Origin: an uncultured virus (IMG/VR IMGVR_UViG_3300022841_000008)
Taxonomy: Duplodnaviria; Heunggongvirae; Uroviricota; Caudoviricetes
Length of the DNA stretch: 56,796 bases
Strand: one strand, 5' to 3'
IMG/VR virus record: IMGVR_UViG_3300022841_000008
In this document: positions 56,511 through 56,796 of the stretch, in pieces
Position numbering within the stretch: the first letter of the stretch is position 1
Layout of the letters: each line of letters opens with the position of its first letter
Made by a program: the position numbers and the translations under genes
The notes under the pieces: model-generated
Database searches by the model: none
Seen by the model: only the letters and a program-made list of their open reading frames with translations
Told to the model about the DNA's origin: nothing

Positions 56511-56796
56511 TTAATTGTTTATGTGTTTTCTAACTAAGCTAACTACATTCTTGGCTGTAGCAGGACTCAGTGTCCATCCCAAATGTCCGTGTCCAGTGTG
56601 GTAAAACACTTTAGGATTGTTCTTACTCTGTGCTACAATAGGCATCATGTTTGGTGTCATGGGACGCAAACATGCCCACGGGGAATAGTCATGTGTATTA
56701 ATCTTGGGAAAGTTAGTATGCACCCAATCCAACAGCGGTTTAATACGATCATGCCGTATATCATAGTTCTCACCAGTTAGTTCGGCAGTTCCAGCA
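56511..56796 (-). CDS. FAD-dependent D-amino-acid dehydrogenase-like oxidoreductase, C-terminal part
   Basis: AGTAELTG...WACLRPMTPNMMPIV...HTGHGHLGWTLSPATA (DadA signature); the frame is open to the window edge. Confidence 0.85.
   Translation of the reverse strand, partial: AGTAELTGENYDIRHDRIKPLLDWVHTNFPKINTHDYSPWACLRPMTPNMMPIVAQSKNNPKVFYHTGHGHLGWTLSPATAKNVVSLVRKHINN

Noticed and set aside
380..56780. Numerous plus-strand ORFs in the track (for example 2054..2350, 16082..16591, 34535..35038, 53222..53662)
   Set aside because: They are antisense shadows of well-supported minus-strand genes with no motifs; only phoH, 46193..46480 and 46516..46776 are accepted, and the short nested minus-strand ORFs are rejected likewise
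1..56796. Stop-codon reassignment as in some large phages
   Set aside because: Conserved genes are full length in the standard code, and read-through of the TAG stops I checked (26651 and the mini-ORF near 4700) gives nothing meaningful
1..56796. tRNA or rRNA genes
   Set aside because: Intergenic gaps are short and I saw no cloverleaf or T-arm signature; a tRNAscan-SE run would be needed for certainty

Overview
A 56.8-kb segment of a large, T4-related (myovirus-like) dsDNA phage of a Gram-negative host. It is densely coding, almost all on the minus strand, and uses the standard genetic code. From left to right it holds: (1) a 7-deazaguanine DNA-modification cluster (partial queE, PRTase, cupin, folE, a GT-B glycosyltransferase, a QueD paralog with an LxxxHRHxF motif resembling DpdL, and a 512-aa TGT-fold DpdA-like transglycosylase), next to a sliding clamp and family B DNA polymerase; (2) late head-associated proteins with T4-like capsid-targeting N-termini and repeated (G)VAE putative protease sites, including a LysM-GH19 hydrolase and a nucleotidyltransferase polyprotein; (3) ErpA, ClpA and DnaJ; (4) a full lysis cassette; (5) phoH, a dCMP deaminase whose 3' end is duplicated around an HNH endonuclease, a clamp loader, MazG-like and UDP-glucose dehydrogenase-like genes, GroES and a stand-alone DnaE fragment; (6) a baseplate and tail-fibre block; (7) uvsE, more glycosyltransferase-like genes, a canonical queD and a partial DadA-like oxidoreductase. 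Many near-consensus sigma70 promoters and TAAATA late promoters are visible. There are also candidate structured RNA leaders upstream of folE, queD, polB and phoH. The best novelty candidates are a possibly glycosylated and replication-coupled deazaguanine DNA modification, and the cis-regulatory RNAs on its pathway genes. All family assignments come from motif recognition by eye, not from database searches.
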